Source of the DNA: Acidimicrobiales bacterium
GTDB lineage: Bacteria; Actinomycetota; Acidimicrobiia; Acidimicrobiales; CATQHL01
Direction: 5' to 3'
Length of the DNA: 64,000 bases
Assembly: GCA_965204655.1 (NCBI GenBank)
Contig: OZ241998.1
Span: 224,464-288,463 of the forward strand
Part shown: positions 1-9,686 of the stretch, piece after piece
How the letters are laid out: every line of letters starts with the position of its first letter
Numbering within the stretch: position 1 is the first letter of the stretch
Notes under the pieces: model-generated
The model's input: only the letters and a program-made list of their open reading frames with translations
Databases searched by the model: none
What the model was told of the DNA's origin: nothing
Program-made: the position numbers and the translations under genes

Positions 1-717
1 GCCGTCGTTGAGATAGAAACTGCAGCCGGGCTGCGCACCGTCCACATCGGGAACGGTCTCGGTGACTCCGAGGGATGGGAGTTCGGGGAAGCCAAGGTGG
101 GGATGGGGTCGCCGAGCACCGACGAGCGAAAGACCAAAGCCGCGGCCAGCGTCCTGGCTGCCCTGCTGGAGGAGGAGTCCTACTCGCAGGTCGACAGGAA
201 GACGGTCTCAGCCCTGAGCAGAGGGGAGGGGGCGGTCAGCTGTCTGTCGATAGGAAACCCCCATGTGGTGCTGCGCGTGGGCGACCTGGACAAACTTCGC
301 CGTTTCCCCCTTGAAGCGGTGGGCAGTTCGCTGCAGGCAGCTTTTTCCCCTGTGAACCTGGAGGTCATAGCGATTGAGAATCGCGGACGCATGCATATGC
401 GGGTCTGGGAGCGCGGCGTGGGTGTCACATCCGCCTGCGGCAGCGGAGCGTCGGCGGCGGCTTGGCAGGCGTACGCGTGGTGGCTGGTTGACAGCGACTT
501 GAAGGTATGCATGCCCGGTGGGGAGGCCCGGGTGCAGGTCAACCCCGAGACCTACGAGATCTCCCTCGGCGTAGAGGTCTCTTACGTGGGGGATTGCACG
601 CTCCCTTCGTATTGGCGCGACCATTCGATCTACCGATCCCTGACGGAGAAGACGCGGATGATCTTCTGGCGCGGCTCCAAATCTGAGGCTTGGTCACTCC
701 CCGAGCCCCCTGGTTGA
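1..717 (+). CDS. dapF: Diaminopimelate epimerase, C-terminal part. The 5' end lies before the window and the frame is open from base 1.
   Basis: GNPHVV and ACGSGA motifs typical of DapF. Immediately followed by hflX, as in actinobacterial dapF-hflX synteny. Confidence 0.75.
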   Translation, partial: AVVEIETAAGLRTVHIGNGLGDSEGWEFGEAKVGMGSPSTDERKTKAAASVLAALLEEESYSQVDRKTVSALSRGEGAVSCLSIGNPHVVLRVGDLDKLRRFPLEAVGSSLQAAFSPVNLEVIAIENRGRMHMRVWERGVGVTSACGSGASAAAWQAYAWWLVDSDLKVCMPGGEARVQVNPETYEISLGVEVSYVGDCTLPSYWRDHSIYRSLTEKTRMIFWRGSKSEAWSLPEPPG

Positions 718-721
718 CGGC

Positions 722-2080
722 TTGAGCAGGGACGGCACCCAGTCCCACTCGCACAGAGGGGCGCTGGGCGAGTTCGGCATTGACGCCGACGGCTTCATCG
801 AGCGCACTTTCAGGGAAAGGATTGTGCTCGTCGGCGTGGTCGTCCCCCCCGAGGGTCACACTCAAGTTGATTACTCCCTAGACGAACTGGCGCGCCTGGT
901 CGACACCGCCGGAGCCGATCCTGTAAGACGAGTGATCCAGCGCCGCGACCGTATAGATCCCGCAACCTTCATCGGGAGCGGAAAGGCGGAGGAACTCCGC
1001 GAGATATCCGAGGAGTGCGACGCCGACACAGTGGTGTTTGACGAGGAACTGACTCCTGCCCAGCAGTACAACCTTGAGCGCATCCTGGGGAGGACGGCGA
1101 TTGATCGCACCACTGTGATCCTGGACATCTTCGCCCAGAACGCCGCCAGCGTGGCGGGCAAGGCTCAAGTGGAGCTGGCGCAGTTGCGCCACAGGCTGCC
1201 GAGGCTGAGAGGATCCGGCTATCGGCTCAGCCAGCAGGCCGGAGGGATCGGTACCAGAGGCCCCGGGGAGACCCGATTAGAGGTAGACCGCAGACGCCTG
1301 ATGCGGAGGATCGCCCGTCTGGAGTCGGAGTTGCGTGAGATACGGAAACATCGAGCGGTGCAAACCCGCAGCGCACGTCGCAGCGGCTTGGCCAGGGTGG
1401 CCATTGTGGGTTACACCAACGCCGGAAAGTCCAGCCTGCTCAACGCACTCTGCGGAGCGGACGCTCACGTAGAGGATCGCCTGTTCGCCACGCTTGACGC
1501 CCTCACCCGCCGCTTCGAACCCCCTGGTGGAGAGCGTATGCTCCTCATCGACACTGTGGGGTTCGTGAACAAACTCCCCCACGAGTTGGTGGAAGCCTTC
1601 TTAAGCACGTTGGACGTTGTGAGCGGCGCCGACCTTCTTCTTCACGTGGTTGACGCGTCGGCGGGCGAACCTGAAACCCAGTTGGCTGCCGTGCGTTCGG
1701 TACTTGAGCAGATAGGGGCGGGCGGCTTGCCGGAGGTTCTGGTGTTCAACAAGTCCGACGTCTCCGACCGCACCGACCGCCTGCTGAGAGCCCACCCCGC
1801 AGCGGCGGCGGTCTCGGCCAAGACTGGGGAAGGCCTGGATCACCTGGCGGCTCTTGTTTCCGACAGGATTCGGGCGGCTGACAGGATCGTTGAGGTGCTT
1901 GTTCCCCACTCGCGGGGCGACATTATGGCTGGCCTGCACCGCGACGGGCAGGTTCTCTCAACCTCGGCGACGGCAGATGGGATGTGTTATAAAGTCCGCC
2001 TGGACGCAGCCTCCGAGGGCCGCTACGAGGAGTTTTTGAGCGGATCGGCGGCGTTCTCGGGCGTTGCGGGCAGGTGTTAG
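722..2080 (+). CDS. hflX: GTPase HflX
   Basis: G1 motif GYTNAGKSSLLNAL, DTVGF, NKSD. N-terminal HflX domain. Confidence 0.9.
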   Translation: MSRDGTQSHSHRGALGEFGIDADGFIERTFRERIVLVGVVVPPEGHTQVDYSLDELARLVDTAGADPVRRVIQRRDRIDPATFIGSGKAEELREISEECDADTVVFDEELTPAQQYNLERILGRTAIDRTTVILDIFAQNAASVAGKAQVELAQLRHRLPRLRGSGYRLSQQAGGIGTRGPGETRLEVDRRRLMRRIARLESELREIRKHRAVQTRSARRSGLARVAIVGYTNAGKSSLLNALCGADAHVEDRLFATLDALTRRFEPPGGERMLLIDTVGFVNKLPHELVEAFLSTLDVVSGADLLLHVVDASAGEPETQLAAVRSVLEQIGAGGLPEVLVFNKSDVSDRTDRLLRAHPAAAAVSAKTGEGLDHLAALVSDRIRAADRIVEVLVPHSRGDIMAGLHRDGQVLSTSATADGMCYKVRLDAASEGRYEEFLSGSAAFSGVAGRC

Positions 2081-2931
2081 CCTCTCAGGGCATGGTCGAC
2101 GTAAACGACTTGAAACCCCGCATCAAAATGCTCTGGTCGCAGAGGGGGTTTCTTTCCGAGAACGACACCGACGCCCGTGAGACGATTCACGCGGCAATCG
2201 ACTTGCTAGACCGCGGAGAGGTCAGGGTGGCGGAACTCAGCAAGGATGAAGACGACGAAGTGGTCGTCCACAGCTGGCTGATGCAGGCCATCAGCCTGCT
2301 GTTCAAGGTCTCGGCGATGAGTACCATCGAACTCGGACCCTTTGAGTTCGTCGACCGGATTCCTCTCAAGAAGGACTACTTGGACAGGGGGGTGCGGGTG
2401 GTGCCGGGCGCCTCAGCCCGTTGGGGGAGTTACCAGGCCCCGGGAGTGGTGATGATGCCCAGTTACGTGAACATAGGCGCTTACGTGGGCGCCAACAGCA
2501 TGGTGGACACTTGGGCAACGGTGGGGTCGTGTGCTCAGATCGGCGAGAACGTACATCTCTCCGGGGGCGTTGGTATCGGCGGAGTGCTGGAGCCTCCCGG
2601 GGCTGTGCCGGTGATCGTGGGCGATGAGTGCCTCATCGGCAGCCGCTGCATCGTGGCCGAAGGCGCCCGAGTGGGAGAAGGGGCGGTGCTGGGCGCAGGC
2701 TGCATACTCACCGGCTCGGTGCCTGTAATGGACGCCGAGACTGGATGGGAACTCAGCCGAGGCGTCGTGCCTCCGTGGTGCGTGGCCGTATCCGGCAGCC
2801 GCCGCAGGTCGTTCCCGGGCGGCGATTTCGGTTTGCCCTGTGTTCTGGTGGTCAAGCGTCTGGAGCCCGGCGAACGTCATGACAAGGCCCGTTTGAACGA
2901 GGTGCTGCGGGATCACGGTTCGGCCACCTGA
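2074..2931 (+). CDS. dapD: 2,3,4,5-tetrahydropyridine-2,6-dicarboxylate N-succinyltransferase (hexapeptide-repeat acyltransferase)
   Basis: Left-handed beta-helix hexapeptide repeats (GANSMVDTWATVGSCAQIGENVHLSGGVGIGGV...). Next to dapE. Confidence 0.8.
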   Translation: MLASQGMVDVNDLKPRIKMLWSQRGFLSENDTDARETIHAAIDLLDRGEVRVAELSKDEDDEVVVHSWLMQAISLLFKVSAMSTIELGPFEFVDRIPLKKDYLDRGVRVVPGASARWGSYQAPGVVMMPSYVNIGAYVGANSMVDTWATVGSCAQIGENVHLSGGVGIGGVLEPPGAVPVIVGDECLIGSRCIVAEGARVGEGAVLGAGCILTGSVPVMDAETGWELSRGVVPPWCVAVSGSRRRSFPGGDFGLPCVLVVKRLEPGERHDKARLNEVLRDHGSAT

Positions 2932-3021
2932 GATTCTCCGGCGGATTGAAACTGCGGCTGCTACGCGCCTCCGGTTCTGCGCCGCGGGCTGGAACTTTCT
3001 GAAAGTCCAGGGAGCAGGGAT

Positions 3022-4134
3022 GTGAAACCGAACCTGAGAGGCAGCAGCCAGGCGGATCTGCTGGAGTTGACCGCCGAACTGATCAACATTCCCTCGGTCA
3101 GCCATTCCGAATCTGCCATAGCAGATTGGGTGGAGGAGTGGTGCCGCCCCTTGGACTGGTTGGTCGTTGAGCGGGTAGGCGACAACGTCACGGCGCGCAC
3201 TCTGCTGGGGCGTCCCCGCCGTCTGGGTCTGGTGGGACACCTCGACACCGTGCCGCCGAACGGCAACGAGGTGGCCAGGATCAAGGACGGCCGTGTGTAT
3301 GGCTTAGGGGCTTGCGATATGAAAGGCGGTCTGGCGGTGATGCTTGCGCTGGCGGCGTCCGTCCCCGAACCGAGCGTGGACTTGACCTACGTCTGGTATG
3401 CCAGAGAGGAGGTGGCGCGGGAATTGAGCGGTCTGCTCGAGTTGGACGGGCACGACCCTGCTCTGCTGGCCGCCGACGCCGTGGTACTGGGCGAACCCTC
3501 CGGCGCGGACTTGGAGGCAGGTTGTCAGGGCACCATGCATCTGAGGGCGGTTTTGAGGGGTGTGCGTGCACACACCGCCCGTCCCTGGATGGGGCGCAAC
3601 GCCGTCCACAGACTGGCCGCTCTGCTGGAGACGCTGGATCGTTACGAAGCAAGACGTCCAGTCATAGACGGCTGCGAGTTCCGCGAGGCGCTGGTGGCGA
3701 GTTCAGTCTCGGGCGGGACGGCTCGCAACGTGGTTCCCGACGAAGCCGCGCTGGAGATCAACCATCGTTTCGCCCCCGACCGTTCGCCGGAGGAAGCCGA
3801 AGCGCACGTTCGCGACCTGCTCGCTCCCTGTCTGGAGGAGGGGGACGAACTGGAGGTATTGGAAGCCGTGCGGGGTGCGCCGCCCGACCTGGGTCACCCC
3901 CTGATTGCGTCGCTGTTGGAGGCGGTGGGAGGGCTGGCTCGGGTGCGCGCCAAACTGGGCTGGACGGACGCGGCCTTTTTTGCGGAACGAGGCGTGGCTG
4001 CGGTCAATTTCGGGCCGGGTGAGAGCGAACTGGCGCACACTGCGGGGGAGTACGTCACCGCCGAAGCCTTGGAGCGCGTCTATGGGGTCTTGACTGGCCT
4101 GCTCACGGGCGAATCTCAGGGCAGCGAGCCTTAG
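3022..4134 (+). CDS. dapE: Succinyl-diaminopimelate desuccinylase (M20 peptidase family)
   Basis: M20 metal-binding blocks (GHLDTVP, GACDMKGG). Size and context with dapD. Confidence 0.8.
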   Translation: MKPNLRGSSQADLLELTAELINIPSVSHSESAIADWVEEWCRPLDWLVVERVGDNVTARTLLGRPRRLGLVGHLDTVPPNGNEVARIKDGRVYGLGACDMKGGLAVMLALAASVPEPSVDLTYVWYAREEVARELSGLLELDGHDPALLAADAVVLGEPSGADLEAGCQGTMHLRAVLRGVRAHTARPWMGRNAVHRLAALLETLDRYEARRPVIDGCEFREALVASSVSGGTARNVVPDEAALEINHRFAPDRSPEEAEAHVRDLLAPCLEEGDELEVLEAVRGAPPDLGHPLIASLLEAVGGLARVRAKLGWTDAAFFAERGVAAVNFGPGESELAHTAGEYVTAEALERVYGVLTGLLTGESQGSEP

Positions 4135-4188
4135 AGAGCGGAGTCTGCCGGCTTGTCTGAAGGCTTGCCGGCTACTTAAATTACACAC

Positions 4189-4620
4189 TTGTTTTTTAAA
4201 TTACATTCCTGTAACGTAAGGGGTGTGAACAAGGAAACAGGGAGGTTGCCTGGGAGGTCGCCAAGGGGGATGCCGGGGAGCAGATCGCCGAGCAGGAGAC
4301 TGCCTGGGAGTCCGCCAAGCAACCCGCCAGGCGGGCTTTTGGCTGCTGGGGGGCTTTCGCCCGCAGTGATCTCAGCGTCTGTTGTGTCCGTTCAGGCGCC
4401 GAGGGCGCAGGTTCTGCCCCCCGAGGCGCCGATCAGGTTCACTTTTGCGTTGCGGCGTCTGCTGGTGCTGATTGTTGCTGCGGGTATTCTGGCGGGCATC
4501 AGTTTCGGGGTGTGGCATTTAGGGAACTGGGTGGGGGAGACCCTTGCAGGGTCTGCGGGGACGTCCGAAGCGGGCGTTCAAGCCTTCCTCGGCGAAGTGG
4601 GGGAATTCTTCGTTTTCTGA
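4189..4620 (+). CDS. Hypothetical Pro/Gly-rich protein with a C-terminal TM segment. Possibly not a real gene.
   Basis: ORF only. About 60-bp imperfect internal DNA repeat. No recognisable domain. Confidence 0.2.
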   Translation: MFFKLHSCNVRGVNKETGRLPGRSPRGMPGSRSPSRRLPGSPPSNPPGGLLAAGGLSPAVISASVVSVQAPRAQVLPPEAPIRFTFALRRLLVLIVAAGILAGISFGVWHLGNWVGETLAGSAGTSEAGVQAFLGEVGEFFVF

Positions 4621-4643
4621 GCGGATCCCGATCTCGGGGTTCC

Positions 4644-5408
4644 TCATCCACTCCGTAAGTACCTAGTGAAGAGCATTCCTTCAGCCGTGTGAGCGCATTC
4701 CAGGCTCATCTTCAGAGGCAGAGGAAACTCCTCTCCGGCGATGATGCCCCCGCCGCCTCCTACCAGAAGCGGCGAGAAGGTGAGGCAGAGTTCGTCTAGC
4801 AGACCGGCCCGGGCGAAGTGGGAGTTGAGGGTGGGTCCCCCTTCGAGCAGTACCACCGACAGCCCGTCGCCCGTGAGGTCCTCAACGACCGCCTCGGGGC
4901 TCACGACCAACTCGCCGCCGGTCTCTAGGACTCGTACATCCGACACTTCCTGCATTGCTTTGAGACGTTCGGGCGCGGCTGCGGACGTCGTGTAGAGGCG
5001 GTTGCGGCGCGGCCCTCTCCAGACCTCCGAAGTGGGATCGAAGTCGCAAGCAGAACTCACCACTGCCAGCAGAGGAAGTTCGTCCTGTCCGCGTCGGAGG
5101 CGGCGCAGGCGGGCTTCGTCGGAGAGTTGGATCTGCCCGTAGCCCTCAGTGCGAAAAGTTCCCGCACCGACGAGGATGGCGTCAGCCCGCGTCCGCAGGG
5201 CGGTCAGCACGGCGTAGTCGGCCGGGCTGCCGAGGTCGCCGGAACGACCGCCGACGCTCACGGCGCCGTCGAGGGATGCGACCATGCAGCAGATCATCCA
5301 AGGACGTCCCTCCGTTGGCGGACGCTCAACGTGTTCGTAAACGTTGAGGTGGTCGACCGCTGCGAGGTCGGGGTGCTCGGTCGGCCAGAGGCGCTGCAGT
5401 GAGACCAT
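4644..5408 (-). CDS. RibD C-terminal-domain / dihydrofolate-reductase-like family reductase
   Basis: Rossmann-like reductase motifs (MVASLDGAVSVGGRSGDL, LVGAGTF, LLEGGPTL) typical of the RibD_C/DHFR family. Confidence 0.7.
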   Translation of the reverse strand: MVSLQRLWPTEHPDLAAVDHLNVYEHVERPPTEGRPWMICCMVASLDGAVSVGGRSGDLGSPADYAVLTALRTRADAILVGAGTFRTEGYGQIQLSDEARLRRLRRGQDELPLLAVVSSACDFDPTSEVWRGPRRNRLYTTSAAAPERLKAMQEVSDVRVLETGGELVVSPEAVVEDLTGDGLSVVLLEGGPTLNSHFARAGLLDELCLTFSPLLVGGGGGIIAGEEFPLPLKMSLECAHTAEGMLFTRYLRSG

Positions 5409-5534
5409 TTTGAGATTCTGCCCGTCAACCTCGCGGATTTACAGGGGGTGCGCTCAATCGGATGGCATCGGAGCGCGGCGGGAATGCAATCGGAGGGAGA
5501 GGTCGGGCAGAGGCCGGAGTGCGAATGAAGTTGC

Positions 5535-5548
5535 TACTATCGGTAGTG
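5535..5548 (+). promoter_or_regulatory. Candidate NrdR operator (NrdR box) about 200 bp upstream of nrdJ
   Basis: TACTATcggTAGTG is a partial palindrome resembling the NrdR box core (CACTATatATAGTG), 10/14 matches. Only a single box was seen. Confidence 0.25.
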
Positions 5549-5748
5549 CTATGTGGAGGGGGATAAGCAGTCGAGAGAACAGGCGGTTGTCGTCCCAGAA
5601 GCGCTACCCAGAGGAAAGCGAGTTCGCAAAGGGTAATGAACTGGACAAAGCAGGCCGATTGAACGAAGCTATGGTTCTTCCGGTTTGACCCGTTTATTGT
5701 CGGATACTAAACTGAACGGAGGAGGCCAATGAACGAGGCGAAGACGTC

Positions 5749-8499
5749 GTGTCGTTGACGTCGGAAAGCGTGAGCATTGGGCTGTCGCGCTGTTTCACGA
5801 TTCCGGGGGTTCACCCCTACGACGCCGTGGAATGGTCGCTCCGGCGAGCCCTGATAAACGCCGCCGACACTGGGGATCCGATTTTTGATCAGCCCGACGT
5901 TGAGTTTCCAGCCTTCTGGTCGCAGAACGCCGTCAACATAGTCTCCCAGAAGTACTTCAGAGGCCGTATTGGCTCCCCGGAGCGGGAGTCCTCGCTGAGG
6001 CAGGTCATAGACCGGGTCGTGGACACCATTACCCGTTGGGGGGTTGAGGACGGCTACTTCGCCCACGAAGATGAAGCCGACACATTCAGCGCCGAACTCA
6101 CTTATTTGTTATTGCACCAGAGAGCGGCGTTCAACTCGCCTGTCTGGTTCAACATCGGCGTTCCGGACACGCCGCCTCAGTCCTCGGCGTGCTTCATCCT
6201 CTCTGTTGAAGACACGATGGAGTCCATTCTCGACTGGTACGCCGAGGAGGGGATGATCTTCAAGCGGGGGTCGGGGTCGGGCGTAAACCTGAGCAATATC
6301 CGCAGTTCGCACGAGCACCTCTCGGGGGGAGGGCGTCCGAGCGGCCCGGTCAGTTTCATGAGGGGTGCAGACGCCTCTGCCGGGGCGATCCGTTCCGGCG
6401 GCACCACGCGGCGGGCGGCCAAGATGGTGGTGCTCGACGCCGACCACCCCGACATAGAGGAGTTCATTTGGTGCAAGGCGCGCGAGGAAAATAAGGCTAG
6501 GGCGCTAGCCGAGGCGGGTTTCGACATGAGCTTTGACGGCAGCGACAGCGCTTCCGTCCTGTACCAGAACGCCAACAACTCTGTTCGACTCAGCGACGAC
6601 TTCATGCGGGGCGCCCTGGCGGGGTCGGACTGGCCACTATTTGAGCGCACCACGAAGGAAGTCGTATCTACGCTGCCGGCAGCAGGTCTCTTGCGTCAGA
6701 TCGCCGAGGCGGCTTGGCGCTGCGCTGACCCGGGGGTGCAATTTGATACCCACATCAACCACTGGCACACCACGCCGCTGGGAGGCCGTATCACGGCGTC
6801 GAATCCGTGCTCGGAGTATTTTCACGTTGACGATTCGGCCTGCAACCTGGCCAGTCTGAACCTACTGAGTTTTCTCAAGGAAGACGGACACTTCGACGTC
6901 CGTTCCTTCAGGTCGGCAACTCGGGTGGTTTTTGCCGCGCAGGAGATACTCGTGGGGCGGTCGCATTACCCGACGGAGGTCATAGCCGACAACGTCCTCG
7001 CTTATCGTCAGCTAGGGCTCGGCTACACCAACCTGGGGGCGCTGTTGATGAGCATGGGGCGTCCCTACGACTCCCCGCAGGGACGGGCGATGGCGGCGGC
7101 GCTCACGGCGGTGATGTGCGGGGAGGCGTACCTGACTTCGGCGGTGATAGCGGCGCGGATGGGGCCCTTTGAGCACTTCGAGGCCAACCGTCCGCACGTG
7201 TTGAGGGTTCTGGACATGCACCGCCAAGCGGTTTCGGAAATCGATTCCGATTTCGTCCCCGACGACTTGATGGCCGCCGCCTCGGAATCTTGGAACGGAA
7301 CCTGCGACTTGGCTTCGCGTACCGGGGTGCGCAACGCTCAGGCGACGGTGCTCGCACCCACTGGCACCATCAGTTTCATGATGGACTGCGACACCACCGG
7401 GATCGAGCCCGATCTTGCGCTGCGCAAGTCCAAGTCGCTGGTGGGGGGGGGGGCGCTCACGTTGGTTAACAGGTCCGTGCGGCGTGCTCTGTCCGCTCTG
7501 GACTACGGCCCAGCCGAGGTGGAGTCGATCGCCCGGCACCTCGAGCGGAGCGGATCGGTGCTCGACGCTCCGCACCTCTTAGCGGAACACCGTGCGGTTT
7601 TTGCCTGCTCCATCGGAGACAACGCAGTGAGTCCGCAGGGTCACGTGAAGATGATGGCCGCGGTGCAGCCCTTCCTCAGCGGGGGCATTTCCAAGACTGT
7701 CAACGTGGGGGAGCAGACCACGGTTGAGGAGATCGAGGAGTTGATCGTCTCGGCCTGGCGGCAGGGTGTGAAGGCCATTGCTGTCTACCGGGACAACTCC
7801 AAGTGGGTGCAGCCGCTCTCGGCGTCCTCGGATTCCGAGGCTGAGGCTCCTTCCGAAGGCGGGGACTTGTCTGCTCCGGCGCCGGAGCCAACTAGACGCA
7901 GGCTGCCTCGCGAGCGGCGTTCACGCACCCTCGGTTTCCGTGTAGCTGACTGCAAGGGGTATGTGACCGTCGGAGAGTATCCCGACGGGCGTCCGGGCGA
8001 GATCTTCGTGAAGGTGTCCAAGCAAGGCTCGACGCTGGCAGGGATAATGGACGCCTTCGCCATAGCCATCTCGCATGGCCTTCAGTACGGGGTGCCTTTG
8101 CGTTCCTACGTAGACGCCTACTGCGGGATGCGCTTTGAGCCGGCGGGCATCACCGACGACCCAGACATCCGCATCGCTACCAGCCTCATTGACTACCTGT
8201 TCAGAAGGCTGGGGCTCATCTATCTGAGCGAAGAGGAGCGGGCTGCGATGAGCATATTTTCCACCTCCGGAGAGCAGCCCACCCTCCCGGGCGTGGAGGA
8301 AGCCGCAACGCCCTCCGCTCAAGGCTTAGACATCGCCCCCGACCCGCCGATGCGGGGCGACGGAGCGTCGGCTCACGCTCCCGCGCCGCGCCGAGTGGAC
8401 GCCGCCTCCCCGTTCTGCATGACCTGCGGGACGCGCATGGTTCGCGTCGGGTCTTGCTACGCCTGCTCTACCTGCGGGGCTACTAGCGGCTGCGGCTGA
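5749..8499 (+). CDS. nrdJ: Vitamin B12-dependent ribonucleotide reductase (class II), 916 aa, with a C-terminal Cys4 zinc ribbon
   Basis: Class II RNR core motifs (NPCSEY, GGISKTVN). C-terminal CMTCG...CYACSTCG ribbon. Length typical of actinobacterial NrdJ. Confidence 0.9.
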   Translation: MSLTSESVSIGLSRCFTIPGVHPYDAVEWSLRRALINAADTGDPIFDQPDVEFPAFWSQNAVNIVSQKYFRGRIGSPERESSLRQVIDRVVDTITRWGVEDGYFAHEDEADTFSAELTYLLLHQRAAFNSPVWFNIGVPDTPPQSSACFILSVEDTMESILDWYAEEGMIFKRGSGSGVNLSNIRSSHEHLSGGGRPSGPVSFMRGADASAGAIRSGGTTRRAAKMVVLDADHPDIEEFIWCKAREENKARALAEAGFDMSFDGSDSASVLYQNANNSVRLSDDFMRGALAGSDWPLFERTTKEVVSTLPAAGLLRQIAEAAWRCADPGVQFDTHINHWHTTPLGGRITASNPCSEYFHVDDSACNLASLNLLSFLKEDGHFDVRSFRSATRVVFAAQEILVGRSHYPTEVIADNVLAYRQLGLGYTNLGALLMSMGRPYDSPQGRAMAAALTAVMCGEAYLTSAVIAARMGPFEHFEANRPHVLRVLDMHRQAVSEIDSDFVPDDLMAAASESWNGTCDLASRTGVRNAQATVLAPTGTISFMMDCDTTGIEPDLALRKSKSLVGGGALTLVNRSVRRALSALDYGPAEVESIARHLERSGSVLDAPHLLAEHRAVFACSIGDNAVSPQGHVKMMAAVQPFLSGGISKTVNVGEQTTVEEIEELIVSAWRQGVKAIAVYRDNSKWVQPLSASSDSEAEAPSEGGDLSAPAPEPTRRRLPRERRSRTLGFRVADCKGYVTVGEYPDGRPGEIFVKVSKQGSTLAGIMDAFAIAISHGLQYGVPLRSYVDAYCGMRFEPAGITDDPDIRIATSLIDYLFRRLGLIYLSEEERAAMSIFSTSGEQPTLPGVEEAATPSAQGLDIAPDPPMRGDGASAHAPAPRRVDAASPFCMTCGTRMVRVGSCYACSTCGATSGCG

Positions 8500-9656
8500 G
8501 CGGTCTTTTGAGAAGAGCGCTCCCTCCAGCAAAAGTTTTCCATGGGAGGGCGCTCTCGCAGGCTCACTAGTGGGCTCTTCGGCTCCGTTCGGGTGTTGCG
8601 CTCGTTTCGCTCATCGGGCAGCAACGTCTCCCAGATGCCGGAGGGGTGTTCCACCCCTGCCCGCTCCAGTACCACCTGCATGATTTCTAGGGCTTGCGGC
8701 GCTAGTTCGTGAAGCGGACGATTGCGGTGCAGGCGTACGCCGAGGTCAACCTGAATGATGCTCCCAGCGCCGAACTTCGCAGAGAGGTCGATTAGCAGAC
8801 CGACCTCCACGCCGTAACCCTGGACGAAGGGAACTTGCATTGCTGCGCTGCGGAGGACGGCGTATTCGCCGGAGAGCGGCTGGCGGATGTGAGAGAGTTC
8901 AGGGAAGAACATCGCCAGCAGAGGACGGGCAACCAGTTCGGTAGTGCGTCCTCCGCCTTCGGGCTTGTTGTTTAGCCAGCGCTGGTAGCAGCCCTTGACG
9001 AGGACGATCTCCTCTTCGGCGTGGGCGTCGTCGGTTTCCAGGAACGGGGAGAGCAGTTTGGTCACGTAGCCAGGGGAGAAACTCAGCAGATCGGCGTCGC
9101 AGTAGACGATGATGTCGGCGGCGGTCACAGCCATGGCTTTCCAGAGAGCGTTTCCTTTGCCGTGCCCAGGGCCGACTTCTCCCAGTAGGTCTCTCACGTC
9201 GACCACCTTGGCGCCTGCTTCCGCAGCCACTTGCGGGGTGTTGTCTTCGGATTCGTGGAGCACCCATAGTTCGTCCACCAGAGGCGGGGCGTCCGGGGAC
9301 ATCAGGTTCTTTCTCACGGCGTCGCAGATGACGCCGATGGTGGCTGCTTCGTTTAGGGCGGGCAGGCACATGGCAACTCGCTTGCCCGCTTTTCGATCGG
9401 CGAGGGCGGCGGCTTCTTGGAGGTGCGTCGAGTCGCCGTGGCCCAGAGCGCTGGGGGTGTCATTGTTTTCGTGCACTCCTACAGGTTGTCGCCAAGGGAG
9501 GTGTTCCGCAACGCAGTCCCCTTTGCGGGGCTTGGCTAGGCCGCTCCTGCGGGTCGCCGCCGAATTAGGAGGCTGCAGTCGGCGGCTTGTCGTCGAGAGT
9601 GGGGGATGCTTTCGGGTTCTTAGAAGGGGCGCTGCCCGCGAGTAATCTTTGGGCAT
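8457..9656 (-). CDS. gpgS: Glucosyl-3-phosphoglycerate synthase (GT81 glycosyltransferase). The probable true start is the internal ATG at 9371.
   Basis: Strong similarity to mycobacterial GpgS blocks: LPALNEAATI, DADL, GRTTELVARPLL, QPLSGEYA, GYGVEVGLLID, LGVRLHRNRPL. The 3' end overlaps nrdJ by 43 bp, convergent. Confidence 0.8.
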   Translation of the reverse strand: MPKDYSRAAPLLRTRKHPPLSTTSRRLQPPNSAATRRSGLAKPRKGDCVAEHLPWRQPVGVHENNDTPSALGHGDSTHLQEAAALADRKAGKRVAMCLPALNEAATIGVICDAVRKNLMSPDAPPLVDELWVLHESEDNTPQVAAEAGAKVVDVRDLLGEVGPGHGKGNALWKAMAVTAADIIVYCDADLLSFSPGYVTKLLSPFLETDDAHAEEEIVLVKGCYQRWLNNKPEGGGRTTELVARPLLAMFFPELSHIRQPLSGEYAVLRSAAMQVPFVQGYGVEVGLLIDLSAKFGAGSIIQVDLGVRLHRNRPLHELAPQALEIMQVVLERAGVEHPSGIWETLLPDERNERNTRTEPKSPLVSLRERPPMENFCWRERSSQKTAQPQPLVAPQVEQA

Positions 9657-9686
9657 CTCTGGGAGCTATTCGTGAAGGAAGCCTGA

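Noticed and set aside
180-4022. Numerous long antisense or alternative-frame ORFs overlapping dapF, hflX, dapD and dapE (for example 208..624-, 2413..3240-, 3312..4022+). The same pattern occurs throughout the window.
   Set aside because: These are typical high-GC stop-codon-poor shadow frames. Their products are Arg/Pro/Ala-rich with no motifs, and every one overlaps a well-supported gene on the other strand or frame.
5409-5748. Cobalamin (B12) riboswitch upstream of nrdJ
   Set aside because: No B12 box (AGYCMGgAGaCCkGCc-like) is recognisable. In actinobacteria nrdJ is usually not riboswitch-controlled.
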